Source: Entomortierella parvispora E1425
Lineage: Eukaryota; Fungi; Mortierellomycota
Direction: 5' to 3'
DNA: 64,000 nt
NCBI GenBank assembly: GCA_020891255.1
Contig: BQFW01000008.1
Coordinates: 1,674,001-1,738,000, forward strand
Position numbers and translations under genes: made by a program. Shown piece by piece: positions 45,046 through 57,524 of this stretch (positions are counted from its first letter, which is position 1; each line of letters starts with the position of its first letter). Below the pieces are notes generated by a model, which was given only the letters and a program-made list of their open reading frames with translations, was not told the DNA's origin and made no database searches.

Positions 45046-45454
45046 AGAAAAGGATCAAGGAGCTATCATACCAATACTTCCCAGCCCCACTACCACTCTT
45101 TGGCGACACTGCTCGCACATCGTGATACGCCTATCTCAGGAACGAGAGAGAGACAGTTTTTGGCCAGATATTCCTCTGGGAAACGACTATCTTTCCTCAA
45201 AAAGCAATTCAAACACACATCCACCTATCCAACCCACCATTCACTCCTTTAGAACCCGCAAGGCATTGTCCAACCCACCGAACTTTCAAAGTAAAAACTT
45301 CCAAAAAAAAAAAAAAAAAAATCAAAATGAGAGGGGTAATCTGTCAAAGGTGGCTTTGGTGGCAACTCGTTTCACCAACCTGATCAGGTCTGAAATAGAC
45401 CTGCGTCTGCTTTCATTCCCATTCTGGACACACCCTCGACTCTGGACATTCACC

Positions 45455-46899
45455 ATGGCCGCGACATTAATTCTCAGAGGATTCGTTTCTCAACAATCAC
45501 GAGGCTCATTCATCCGCAATGGAAGTACGACATCCCGGCACATGGCTTCGGTCCAGTTCCTGTCTGGGTCCACTCGTCGTCTGTTCTCTTCAAGTCAGAC
45601 AGCGCTTCACGAGAATCCTCTGGTACGAATTGAGGAAACATTCTGGGCGAGTCATGGTTCTTCTATGGTAGACTTTTGATTATACTGACTTTTCATAACA
45701 CAATCGTTGGTTAGGGAATTCCCCGGAAACCTCCCGTCCAAGGCAGAGGAACAGGACCAGCCCCAACCATGCCTAGGATGCAGCGTGGGTTGCCTCAGAA
45801 GATGCCAATCAAAGGTGTTAAACATATTATTGCTGTAGCCTCTGGCAAGGGAGGTGTAGGCAAATCAACGACTGCTGGTAAGTGCCCCTAATACAACCTA
45901 TTGCATCTTTCCTTGACAACCCGAGCGACTCCGCAGTGGAGGCAGAAACCCCATGCTAATTTTTTTATCTTGGTGATCTCGATAGTCAACTTGGCGTTGG
46001 CGATTGCAGGTATGAACAAGAAGGTCGGGCTTTTGGATGCGGATATCTTTGGACCCTCGATCCCCAAACTTATGAACCTGAGTGGCGAACCTGAACTGAC
46101 TGGATCAGGTAACATTTTGATGATCAGAGGGAAAAGATCTGTCGTTTTGCCCTGAAAGCGATTGCATTGACCTAACGACAACGAATTTTTATTATAACTT
46201 AGAGGATAAGTTGGTCCCATTGACCAATTTTGGAGTTAAATGCATTTCCATGGGCTTCTTGGTGGGTGAGGAGGCCCCTGTGGTCTGGAGAGGATTGATG
46301 GTCATGAAAGCGCTTCAGCAGTTGTTGCACCAGGTGGAGTGGGGTGATCTGGATCTATTGGTCATTGACATGCCTCCAGGCACGGGAGATACCCAGTTGA
46401 CCATCACGCAGCAGATCCCGCTCGACGGCGTCGTCATTGTCTCAACCCCTCAGGATATTGCCTTGATTGATGCTCGAAAGGGTGTCAACATGTTCAAGAA
46501 AGTCGATGTGCCTGTAAGGATATCGTCCAAATTTCGTTTCTATTTTGCCCATGTTATCTTCCATCTCTTTTTTGATTGCAGAACCACTAACAGCTCCTAG
46601 CCTGTTCTTTCCAACAACATCGATAATATTAGATCCTTGGCATGGTCCAGAATATGTCCCTGCATGTTTGTCCAAACTGCAATCACGAGTCGCACATCTT
46701 TGGTGACGGCGGCGCGGAAAGGACGGCCAAGGAGATGAACCTGGATTTTTTGGGCGACGTGGCCTTGCATTCAGAGATTTGCCAGTTGTCCGATAGAGGC
46801 CAGCCTGTGGTAGTCTCCCGACCAGACAGTAAGCACACCGAATACTACAAGGCCATCGCCGCCAAGATTGTCGCCAAACTGTGGCCAAAGAAGCCATAG
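45455..46899 (+). CDS. IND1: Mitochondrial Mrp/NBP35-family Fe-S carrier for complex I (NUBPL; multi-exon)
   Basis: Mitochondrial-type N-terminus, [48 protein letters not shown] and ENMS-like [11 protein letters not shown]. Confidence 0.93.
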
Positions 46900-46985
46900 A
46901 AACGGTTGTTCAATGAAAATACAGACAAATAATTTTAATGGCCAATGAATTTATGAGAGTATGTGATGGGTAGACATCCTCGACT

Positions 46986-49026
46986 TTAAACATCCTCAGA
47001 CTCGGAGCGTGGACTACGCTCGTCGTATGAATCGGCCGAGCTGTTGGATCGACTGCGCTGCATACTAAATCCACTGCCACGTCCAAATCGGAAAAAGTCT
47101 CTTGTGCTGGACGATGGCGAGCGATTGCCATAATCCTCGTCGTCTGAGCCGTCTCTCGAGTCGGGGGAAGCCATACGCGAAGATCCGTTCGAGGGGCTAG
47201 ACATGCTTCCGTCGGTAATCATGCGGTCGTGTCTGCGACGTCTAAAGATCTTGTTCACTACACTGTCGGCTCCAAAGAGGCGTGAGAAATCCTTGATGAA
47301 TTCTTGAGATTTGTCTTCCCAGATGTTCATGGTCTGACGGAGATCGTTGCGCAAGACTGATATTTCATTCTTGAGTTCATCTTTGGTTCCATGCCAGTTC
47401 TGACGAATTGAAGCCCTAATATCCTGCGCTGATTTCTTCAGCTTCACCTCTTGCTCCTGTAAGGAAAGAAAAAAACATGGTTTTGATTGTTTGTTGTGAG
47501 TTGTCATTTCGTGTTACCAAAGCCTTTCGAGTGGCGCATCGTTTGTGCTTGGATCCTCTCTTCACTTTCTTTCTTTTTGCTCATAGCAATAACAACACAA
47601 ACCAAAAAATAGGTCTGCTTTACCTTGAAAAATCCGATTCCAAGCTCTTTGGCGGTTACTCCACGCTCCAGATTGCGTCTCAAATACTGGTCATAATCCT
47701 TCACAATACGTGTAATCAAATCTGAGGTCGATACACCATCGGTACGGTTTGTGGGCAGGAAGCACCCTTGTTTCTTGACAAACGCATACACATCGTCACT
47801 GTCCACGGACTTGTAGGGAATGTCGTCATGTGCAACATAATCGATCTATATTGCGATGCCATCGATTGTGTTGCAAAAACAGAACGAGACAAGGCAAAAC
47901 GGACAGAGGTTAAAAACAAGGAACAATGACCGTCAGAAAAGAAAGAAGGACACAATGAGCAGAGAATGGTGTTTTGGAGCGCGATATGTACCTTGTGCTT
48001 ATCCAAGAACGCTTGATCGACGGTCCAGGGCGCACTTTCGACAACCTCATCCACCCATTTGCAGTGGCGGACACTCTCGTAGCGCTCCTTGTCCGTCATG
48101 ACTGTCTTTCCTTTGCGACTGTGGGTCATGTTGTCATCACACACTGCAGGACGCATAAAAAAAAAAGAAAAATATATCGTCAGTACTTTTGTCCAGAGAC
48201 ATCAGGCTCTCCAACCCTCTTGATCTTTCCAAGTGAAAAGCAGCAGTAGGGAAGATTTATCTTCACGATCAAGGAACGTGAAAGACGAAATTGACGAGTG
48301 AGGTGAAGCACATGAAGATGCTCTGAGCGGCTCTTGAAATGGTACGACTTTGGTTGGGGTAAAAATTCAGCGAGTGGCCAAGGCCATGGCCCATGGCCTC
48401 TTTGTCTTTTTCGTTGATCTGTCTGCTCCCGTTTCCATTGAATGCTTACCTCCAACCAACAAGTAGACGTCTGGGAAGGCCTTCTTGGCCTGCTCAAGGG
48501 CCTTGGCGTGTCCAAAGTGGAAGAGATCGTAGATACCATCACAGTAGATGCGGACAGGGCGACCGACAGGAGGGGGGTTGATAGGGTAGCTGTACTTTGG
48601 TGCACTGCTTGTGCTGGAACCCGAGCTGGAACTGGAACTGGCCACCTCCTTCGCGGTGCCGTCTGTGGTTGCGGTGCCCTTGCGCTGGCTCTTGCTGGTT
48701 CGGGAACGCTCCTTTTCACCACTCTTTGGCTTGTCCTCGGCTCCATTCTCGCGCCTGGTCTCTTCTGGATCCTGGTCCATATCCTCACTCAGGTCGTCGT
48801 CACTGTTGTTGCCCTTGCGGACTCTGTGATCACCGTTGGCCTCGTCCTCGTCCTCATCGTCATCGCCGCGTTCTTGAGCAGCTCTTCGTCGGGCGCTGTC
48901 TTTGGATGAGGGAGAGGATGTCCGTTGACTGAGGCGAGGTTGTTTGTGATTCGACGCGTCGGTGGATGTGCTTGAGCTCTTGGTCGACGCAGCGGTGGCA
49001 GAAGTGCGTTTACGTTTTGAGGACAT
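46986..49026 (-). CDS. PCT1: Choline-phosphate cytidylyltransferase (multi-exon)
   Basis: [42 protein letters not shown] and [19 protein letters not shown]. Confidence 0.95.
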
Positions 49027-49480
49027 TGTGAATGCTGTAATGAGATGTGGGATGGGAAAGTGGTGTGGAGGGGGATGAAGAATAGAAGGAGTAGAAAGAG
49101 TAGAAGGAGGAAGAGGAAGAGAAAAGAAGGGAAAGGAACGAAGGAAGGAAGGGGAAAGAGATGGAAATCAGAAGATGAGAATGAGAATGAGAATGAGAGG
49201 AAGGAGAATAAATGCAGTGCTATTTTCTCCGTTTGTCGCGCTGGAATAAATTGGTTGGCGGAAGCGGGTCTCTCAGGAGAAGGTGGGTGTTGGCAAAAGA
49301 TGGCGGGTTCTTGTTTCGTGCCTGTTCTCTTTCCTTCTCTCTTGACATGCCTTCCTTCTTTCCTTTCTATCTTCCTTTCTCTCTTCCTTGCTGCTCGCAC
49401 CTTTTTTCTTATTAGGCGTAATTTTTTATTGCAGGGGTTTCTTCACAGGGGTATTGCGCGTGGGTGATCCAGCATGACTC

Positions 49481-50211
49481 TTATGCATCAGCAACCTCGG
49501 CCTGGACCTCCTTGCTTTCCTCTGCTGGAGTCTCCTTCACCTTCTCTTCCTCCACGGTCTCCTTGACCTCCGTAGTCTTTGTCTCCTCAACAACGCTCTG
49601 CTTATCCTCAACCGTGACGGTGTCGATCGAAGACTCCTCCTGTTCCTTGGAATCAGCCTCCTTCTCCTCCTCAGCAACGACAACCTCGTCCTCCTTCTCC
49701 ACCTCCTTTTCCTCTTGGGCTGAAACGTCCTTGAGCTCAGTCTCGACCAAAGTCGATTCAATCGCCTGTTCCTGAACGGGTTCCAAAACCTGTTCCTGTT
49801 CCTGCTCTTGTTCCCGCTCCTCCTCCTCTTCGGGTTCTTGCACCTGGACAGGTGCTTCGTGAGAAAATTCAATGGCCTCTGTCTCTTTGATCAGATCAGA
49901 CACCTGAAGAGTAGACTCGATTTCCTTTTCAATGTCCTTAGCCTCCTCTTCCTGGGTCTCTTGTGGTTCCTGAGCAGGTTCCTCCACAGTCTTTGTCAAT
50001 GGAGCAGACGCAGAGGTGGCGATGGCTGCAGCAGCAACAGCGGCAGGAGCAGCCACACCGGTCGAAGACGAGAACTTGCCCTTGGCAGCAGTAAGCTTGC
50101 CAGGTGCAGTTGTCTTGGCAATGTTGTTCTGAGGGACAAAGGGGCCATCTCCAGCGGCTTGCTTGGCCATAGCAGAGTATCTTCTGGCCAAGGACTGGAC
50201 CTTGGAGGGCT
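49481..50211 (-). CDS. Hypothetical Glu/Ala-rich acidic disordered protein (5' exon not resolved)
   Basis: Long open frame with biased coding-like composition, beginning after a CTAAC...CAG acceptor near 50211. Confidence 0.55.
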
Positions 50212-50863
50212 GGTTAGTGGATGGGGTCGAGGACCTATTATCAGCAAAAAAAAGAGTGGAACAGATCGAAAGAATAGAGACGGGGGATGGTCAGTTAGGG
50301 TTGTGGAAATAAAAAAAAGGACCTCCAAACTTCTGACAAGCTGTTGGCATCCTTACATTTTGTGGTATTGGTGTCGTTTTCTGTGGGATCGCTTTTTGGG
50401 CTGTGGTCGAGAAGAGTGATGTGAAAGGAGAAAAAAGGGACGAGAAATGAAGAAAAGAAAAGAAGAAAGAAAGAAGGAAAGAAACCAACACTGGGAGGAG
50501 GCACGCGGCCCATGCAAAAGTCAGTTGGATGGAGGTGGCTGCATTCCGCAAATCGTACGTGTGGACACGATAAAAATAGGGCTACCATTTCAAAGTCATA
50601 CGTGGAAACTCTCTTTCGCGCTGTCTGTCTTCAATAATGCGAGAGAGCTGGCTCTTGGCTGTCTTGTTCGTCGGGATATTGCTCCGTCATGGTACTTGCC
50701 CGACCGGGTCCCAGCTGGGGTCCCTTTGATGTCATTTCAGGAGGAATTGCAAGGCCCCGATTCGCGTCACTTTTTCTGTTTATTTTCTTACGAGTCCGTG
50801 ACACTGACACCCAGGAGACTAAGCATCTTTCCCTCTTTGGTATGGCTCACTTTCTGAGAATGG

Positions 50864-50867
<4 letters not shown>

Positions 50868-50901
<34 letters not shown>
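50868..50901. repeat. (AG)n microsatellite
   Basis: Uninterrupted AG run visible in the sequence. Confidence 0.9.
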
Positions 50902-50907
<6 letters not shown>

Positions 50908-50966
50908 CGTCGAAACTCGGTATGAGATGATGCACACGTAGAAAATCCTTGAGACTTATTTTATCT

Positions 50967-51730
50967 CTACAAACGAGCTCTAGCTTTCTCTGCCTTCTGG
51001 CGCTTTTGATCCAAGAAGGCCAAGGTCTTGTCTTGACCCTTGGCTTTCTTAAAGATCTGCTCGAGCTGTTCAGCCAGTTCGATCGCGCCTGCAATCTTGA
51101 TCTTTCCACTGACGATACCGCGAGGTCCAGTAAGTCCACCGCTCATAAAGTTAAGCAGGTCTGAATCCTCAATTTGGATAATGGCCACTGGGATCGGCTG
51201 CTGGTCCCGCTTCGCCTTTGGAATCTCGGGTCTGGTCTGAGACACGACGGCTGGCGCATCGAAACCTTGGAAGAGGAGATGCCTGCATGTGCGTGAATAA
51301 ACGAAGAGAAGCACATGTCAACGGTGTCAGTTAAACAGTAATGTGTCTGCGGGTATGAGGCAAGAACACGCGCAGATTCGGAGAAGGAGGGACGATCTTC
51401 CCCACCAGCCTGGGGCTCCAGAGTAGGAGACATGAGTCTCTAGTTTTCGATGGTCAGCTTTTCTTACCACTCAGTCATGGGTGCGCCCTTCTTGGTGATG
51501 TTGAAGATATAAAAGCCATAGATGGCAAACATGGATGGGTTCTTTTCAATTTCTGGACGATGGCAGGCAAGCGGGCCGGAGAGTGGATAGAAATCTTTAG
51601 TACTGACGGACTTTAATGACGGTCAGTAAGATAAGTCGAAGAAGCACGGCACACTACCCTTCTTAATTTCGGGAAAAAGAGTCGAGGCATTGAGCCTGGC
51701 GATGGCTTTCTCAGAGGGTTTGGACGACAT
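50967..51730 (-). CDS. SCP2 sterol-binding domain protein (3 exons)
   Basis: MSSKPSEKAIARLNASTLFPEIKKG, YIFNITKKG...EW, and IQIEDSDLLNFMSGGLTGPRGIVSGKIKIAGAIELAEQL, which fits the SCP2 pattern. Confidence 0.75.
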
Positions 51731-52109
51731 TGTGGATGAGGGATGGATGAAGGGAGGGAGGAGGGAATTTGAGTGGAATGAATGAATGAAAGAAAAAAAT
51801 ACCGTTTGCTCCAATAGAAAACCTTAAACTTCACGTGATTGATGCCACTGTTGTCTGCGAGTGGCCTCATGGTTCGTCCACTCTCTCTTCGTCTCTCCCT
51901 TACTCTTCTCGCCTTCTCTTCCTTCTTCACACCATGAAATTGTTTTAATAAAAATAAAAACCAATTCTAGAGTGCAATAATACGACTATACTATCATCCT
52001 CGTTCCTGGCTTCCTGGCGCAATGGCCTCCCTGGCCTTGCTAGCATTCTTTCCGGGGGTTGGTTCCTGGGCAGCGGTTCCTGGGCTCCTGGCTCCTAGAG
52101 TGTGCAGGC

Positions 52110-53851
52110 TTAGACGCGTCTCTGGGGTGGTGGGGGTGGTGGGGCTCCTCGTCTGGTTGAGATAAAAGAGAAAAGAGAGGAAACGGTTCCCGAGAAAGCC
52201 GTCCTTATGGTTGGTCATCTGATATTCCAGCAACATGCTACTCCGTCTGTATGTGCGCCCATGCATTCATCCTTTTGTGGTAAAAAGTGCACGCGATGAG
52301 CGTCCATGTGCTGCCCTGCCCTGCTACTTGCGTGTGGGTGCTTAAAGGTTCCTCGCTCGCCCGTCCATCCTCTTTCAATCATCCAGTAGAGCGCCCATTT
52401 GTCCGTACATATTTTGTCGTCTTGCCCTGCCCTTTTCCCGCGCCCCAAAGCGTGCGTGTGTTGAACATTGCAGAACTTAAAAGAAAAGAACAGTGAAGTG
52501 CCGCTCAAATCCATCATGTCAACCATGACTATAGGCGACGATACCAAGTTATCGACATCACCAATATTCCTCCCAAAAAAAGAACTCGAGTAAAAAGGGC
52601 AAGCGATTGGGTAGAGACAAAGAGTTCCACAGCATACAATTACAAGCAAAGAAAAAAACAAACACAGGCAAAAGAGCAAAAACACAAACCACACCAAAGC
52701 AAATGCAATAAACTTACCCATAGGGGCTAGGGGAGCGTCCGCGACCACCATCACGGTAGTAGGGGGAAGGGGAACGACCGCGGTAGCCTCCTGGAGGAGG
52801 GTAAGGCGAGCGCTGACGGTATCCTCCAGCAGGTCCACCATATCCACGGTCAGGGGAGCGCGAGTAACCACGGCCGCCACGGTAGCCACCATAATCGTAG
52901 GGATCTCTGCCTCCATAGTGGACAGGGGAGCGACCACGTCCACCATAGCGAGGGGGAGGGGGAGGGGGTCCACGGCTACGATAGTCGTGAGGGGGTCCGG
53001 GGCGTCCTCCTCTGGTATCAACACCTCTGTTCAAAGAAAGACATAAAGACAGGTGGATGTGTTAACAAGTTTCCATGAGGCTTGGACGAATTGCTGACAC
53101 TGGCATGAAAAAAAAATGTACCTGCAGAATCGGGCCAAATGGCCAGGCTCGCCGCACTTGAAACACTTTCCAGACTTGACATCCATTCCTTTCTCACTAG
53201 CTTCAGGGCATTCTCTGGCCCAGTGACCAGTTCCATTGCACAAAAAGCATCCGCTTCCAGGTCCTCCAGAGCGTCTGGACCATTCTACAGAGATTCTGTT
53301 GCCATCGAGCTCGTATCCGTTCAGCTTGTTGACTGCATCGTCAGCATCACGAGGGTCCTAGAAGCAATATTGTAAAGTGATATGAGCGACCATCCTGCTT
53401 TATCTGTCGTATTTTGTCCATGCTGCAGTTCCCGTACCTCGTATTCAACAAAGGCAAAACCTCCATGCTTGAGCTCAACCGACACCACACGGCCGTATTT
53501 CTCGAACTACATTCAAGCAAGGCAGCGCAAAGTTAATATCATGCAGATTCAAGCACCGTTATTGAGAACCAAAGAAGCAAAGTCATACCAGCTCCTCGAC
53601 ATCACGGCGCTCGGTTCTGGGGCTCAAGTGACCGACGTAGACGGTCGAGTGGGTGCTGGTGGCAGCGGGAGGGGGAGCACCACCTTCGGCAGCTGCGCCG
53701 ATTGCGTGGCCAGTCAATTCAAATCGTTAGATGGGGGCCTCTGTCAGAAAAAAAACCCCCTACAGGACGCTTCATGCAGGTGGTTGTCAAAGATAAAGAG
53801 GGATGACCTACCTGGAGGAAGGGGAGGAGGGGGAGGGGGCAGGGATGACAT
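52110..53851 (-). CDS. SR-like RNA-binding protein: RRM + two CCHC zinc knuckles + RS/RG/P-rich tail (multi-exon)
   Basis: RNP2 VYVGHL, RNP1 [20 protein letters not shown], knuckles [14 protein letters not shown] and [14 protein letters not shown], and repeated RSP/RGRSPSP. Confidence 0.85.
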
Positions 53852-54109
53852 TATGGATTGTTGATGTTGTTGTTGTTGGGTTGAAGAAAGGGGAAGTGGC
53901 AGACGGACACTTCAAAGAGAAAAGGGACGACGCAGAAAGCCAATTTCAGTCACATGACCAATTCACGCCCCTTAACTGCGCGTCTGCCCTATCCTGTGAT
54001 GAAGGCCGATTTCGCAAGCAAAGTGTCGATTGTCAATCAATCATCATTCTCCCCTTCTCCCCTTCTCCCCTTCTCTCCTCCTCATCCCCCCTCCCCCCCC
54101 GCAAGCACC

Positions 54110-57100
54110 ATGACGGGCCACCGCAGATCAGGCTCATCCGACCTGGCCTTCTACAAGTCTCCAGAGACAGTGGCGCAATTCGACCTCATCCTCAATGACC
54201 TGACGCGTGATCTTAATCTGCCCATCACCGCCCAGGACCTGTCGCTCTTTGTCCTTGCATTGCAGCAGTTCCAGGACCAGAACCTGGGCATCCAGACAGA
54301 GTTGAGCACTGTGCCTTTGCCCACCAGGATCCCCGCAAAGTTCTTGCAGCCCCACAACCTTTCGACCTCGTCTCCTCTCTACCACCTCCTCAAGTCTGCT
54401 TATCAGTACCGCCAGGAGCATCAATGGCCCGAGTGGGATCTTGCCAGCCCTGCCAAGAAGGACCAGCATATTGAAATGATTGTCCACATCCGCCAGCAGC
54501 TTGCTTCTAACGGGACCCTCAAGAACCCTTCTGTTGCCTTTGCAGACTCGGTCTCCTCAGACGACCGCGAATCACTCTCGACCCTTGTGCACAAGCTTGG
54601 AGGTATTTTTTTTTTACATTTGGCGGCAATCTTGCAGTGCTACAGTGCCTTTTTTATTATGTGATCGTGCGTTTTAAATCTGATAAAATCCTTTAATCTT
54701 GCAGGAACGGTCGTCTCCAACGTCGAAGAGGCATCTCATATCACACACCATACATCAGAAGAGACCGACAGCGCCGAGGAAGGATGGCTCCGAGCTCTGG
54801 ATAAGAAGGCAGGAAAAGTCCATGTCCACCATTGGTATCGTCCAGATTCGCATGACGAGTGGGTGTCAGAAACCTCGGGCGAGTTTGCAGATCCTGAGCC
54901 TGCACATGCACACTCTGGTGCTTGGAATATTACCACTCGCTGGATCAAGGACAGTGCAAAGTACAACGAATGGATGAATGAAGAGGATTACAGCACTGCC
55001 CCTCGCACCTCGGCCTCGTCGGGACATCGATTCAGGAGTAAGCGTGATAACACTGACAGTGTCGAATCCAACTCCAAGAGAATCAAACGCAGTGCTTCGC
55101 CCAGTACACCCAGCAAGGATGCGACCATGGAAGAGAGCTCCTCATCCGCTGTTGAAGTCGCTCAGGAGTCTCAAAGCACTCAGCCCGTTGTCGATTCGAT
55201 GGATGTGGATTCCCAGGACATTGAGGCAGAGACTAAATCAGAAGATCCTGCCGTTGTCAAGGAGATTAGCACTGCTGAGCAAGATTCCAACAGAGGAAGT
55301 GCGCCGCCTGAGGCGGATGATGCCCTGTCGCAGGCCGAGGCCGACAGATTCCAACTGGAGGAGGAAGCTGGACGTTATTTGTCACAACAGACTCAGGAGG
55401 TTATTATCCCCTCGTATGCAGCCTGGTTCTCGTTGGCCAAGATTCACGAGATTGAGCACAAGTCACTGCCTGAATTCTTCAACCTGAAAAACCGGAGCAA
55501 GACCCCAACCGTTTACAAAGATTATCGCGACTTCATGGTCAATACTTATCGATTGAATCCCACGGAATATCTTACAGTCACTGCCTGCAGAAGAAATCTG
55601 GCAGGAGATGTTTGCGCTATTATCCGAGTGCATGCGTTTTTGGAGCAGTGGGGTTTGATCAATTACCAGGTAGGTGTAAAGATCTTGTCAGCTAGTGCTG
55701 GTTGTATCTGCATCATAACGTTGGATACTAATGACCTTTTTATTAATTATTAGGTTGACCCTGATACCCGCCCCTCTACGGTTGGACCCGCTTTCACAGG
55801 CCACTTCCGCGTGACCGCCGATACTCCTAGAGGTCTTCAGCCCTTCCTTCCTAGTGTGGCGGCTCCCACTGCTGCTCAGGCAAACAGCGAGCTCAAGGCC
55901 ACCGCAACAACAATTAAGCAGCAGGATTCGAATCTTGAGCTTCGTCGCAATATTTTCAACCAGCCACCTACTGCTCCGAACAAGGACGCCAAAGACAGCG
56001 ATGAAAGCCCAGAGAAAAAGCAACGTTTCAACTGCTTCACTTGCGGCACTGACTGCTCCAAGACACGGTACCACAGCATCAAGACCAAGAATTTTGAGCT
56101 ATGCACCAACTGCTATACCGAGGGCCGATTCCCATCTTCGATGACCTCTGGAGATTTCGTGAGACTGGATACTCAACACTTCAAGCATGCTACCGACGAT
56201 AGTTGGACAGATCAGGAGACTCTATTGTTGTTGGAAGGTCTTGAGATGTTTGATGAGGATTGGAACCAGTTGGCTGACCATGTTGGTACTCGCAGCCGTG
56301 AGCAGTGCATTCTTCACTTTTTGCAGCTGCCAATCGAGGATCCTTACCTAGGAAATTCCGCAGATCACGAGTTGGGTCCCTTGCAGTACCAGCGCATTCC
56401 ATTCAGTCAAGCCGATAACCCTGTCATGAGTGTAGTCGCTTTCTTGGCCAGTGTAGTGAACCCAGGAGTCGCAGCTGCTGCTGCCCAAAGTGCTCTTAAA
56501 GAGTTGGCCCAGAGTAAGAAGGGTGCATCAAAGAACAAGGACAGCGAAGAGACCAAGGCAACTTCAGAGGAAAAGGTGAACGGAGATGCGCCTCCCAAGG
56601 TCGAATCCGAGGCTATGGAGGTGGATCAGAGCGAAGAGGCCACCAGCGGTAGCGAGGACAAGTCGTCCACTCTTCAGCGCATTGGAGCAGCTGCTTTGGG
56701 ATCTGCAGCCGCCAAAGCCAAGTCATTAGCCGATAACGAGGAGCGTGAGGTTCAAAGACTTGTTACCGCCGTGGTGGAAACTCAGCTTAAGAAGATGGAG
56801 CTGAAGCTTCAACAATTCGAGGAGTTGGAGAGCGTTTTGGAGACGGAAAAGAGGGAATTGGAGCGCCAGCGTCAGCAGCTCTATCTCGACCGTCTGGCTA
56901 TGAAGAAGAGCATCATGGCTATGCAAGAAAAGATGGTGTTGGCTCGACAAACTGCTAATGTGCAGGCTGTGGCTAGTCATGTTGTTCCTCACGGTGGTCT
57001 TGGAGGATCAGGCACGGTGTTGCAGAATGGAACTGACGCTCACCAGCCATCAGTGCAGGGACAGCAAGGAGTGCCCCCAAGCCGGGATGAGAATGCACAG

Positions 57101-57127
57101 GGCGTGGTTGTGATGCCCTTGCCATGA
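54110..57127 (+). CDS. SMARCC: SWI/SNF-RSC core subunit SMARCC/Swi3/Rsc8 family (3 exons)
   Basis: SWIRM (IIPSYAAWF...[28 protein letters not shown]), ZZ-like finger (CFTCG..C...CTNC), SANT ([14 protein letters not shown]...[15 protein letters not shown]) and a C-terminal coiled coil. Confidence 0.96.
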
Positions 57128-57524
57128 ATACGGTAGTTTTTTTGTTTTTGTATCCACATAAAGTATAGTAACCAAGAAAAAACCTACGTTGTGCCTCACC
57201 ACACACGACCTGCTTGTTCTCTCCTCGGCTGACCCTACGATTGCCCACACAGGGTATGGAGTGGTATTGGATGGAATTGCAATCAGCCCTAAAAATATCA
57301 TGGTGAAAGACGTGGGTAGGAGCATTTCAGAACTCAAGAACGCGTTACGTTCCTAGGGCACTTTATGTACTAGAAAGAGATCCCTGCCGTCCCTTTCCTC
57401 TTTTATTCACTCCTCTCCTCCCCACACTTGCTCCCTTCCTGCAACCCGTTCAGTAATCAACTCCTCTGTTTCCTTCTGTCTGATCGTCTCTCCTATCCAC
57501 TCATTGTCAGCGGAAAAAGTCGAT

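Noticed and set aside
48789-49467. ORFs of 203 aa (-) and 140 aa (+)
   Set aside because: They arise from GA/CT-rich low-complexity intergenic sequence.
52480-52590. Intronic C/D snoRNA in the SR gene
   Set aside because: Only imperfect C-box-like TGATG words are present, with no CTGA D box or terminal stem.
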